Source: Ostrea edulis (lineage: Eukaryota). From it: a stretch of 64,000 nt of DNA. The DNA is taken from NCBI RefSeq assembly GCF_947568905.1, contig NC_079164.1, positions 103,540,001-103,604,000 of the forward strand. Direction: 5' to 3'. The notes under the pieces were generated by a model. It made no database searches. It worked only from the letters and a program-made list of their open reading frames with translations, and was not told where the DNA came from. Shown in pieces: positions 63,882 through 64,000 of this stretch; within the stretch, counting starts at the first letter, position 1; each line of letters begins with the position of its first letter. Made by a program: the position numbers and the translations under genes.

Positions 63882-64000
63882 ATAGTAGTAAATAAACGAG
63901 TAACCAGTCTCTTCATTTATCGTAAATAAATCAAATGTAAATTCAATGAACAAATGTTAACGGCGCAACTTTAGTGAAAATAAATGAATATAAATTTTAA

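Overview
AT-rich, intron-rich eukaryotic genomic DNA. The repeat families and gene content suggest a bivalve mollusc, probably an oyster; this is inference. Four spliced protein-coding genes can be assembled by hand with consistent GT-AG junctions and reading-frame phases. (1) An uncharacterised, probably HEAT/ARM-type helical protein on the minus strand (at least 12 exons, 889-8215), probably running off the left edge. (2) UBE2V/MMS2/UEV1 (+, 4 exons, 11538-26721), divergent from gene 1. (3) CTDP1/FCP1 (-, 6 exons, 30983-38768), convergent with UBE2V. (4) A complete two-domain, plant-type phosphoethanolamine N-methyltransferase (+, 12 exons, 47957-53720, 499 aa). Introns and intergenic DNA are dense with mobile DNA: a decayed DD34D mariner, a Tc1-like remnant, a CR1-type LINE carrying nested insertions, Penelope-like (Naiad-type) fragments, hAT-, MULE-, pogo- and IS3EU-like non-autonomous elements with readable target-site duplications, Helentron-like (HINE) copies and tRNA-derived SINEs. 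Several minisatellites have a visible origin: an exon end with its splice donor, a transposon TIR, and a SINE interior. I found no CRISPR array, rRNA or intact tRNA gene. I cannot support a wholly new multi-gene system. The best leads are the phosphobase-methylation enzyme, the orphan helical-repeat gene, and the amplified splice-donor array.
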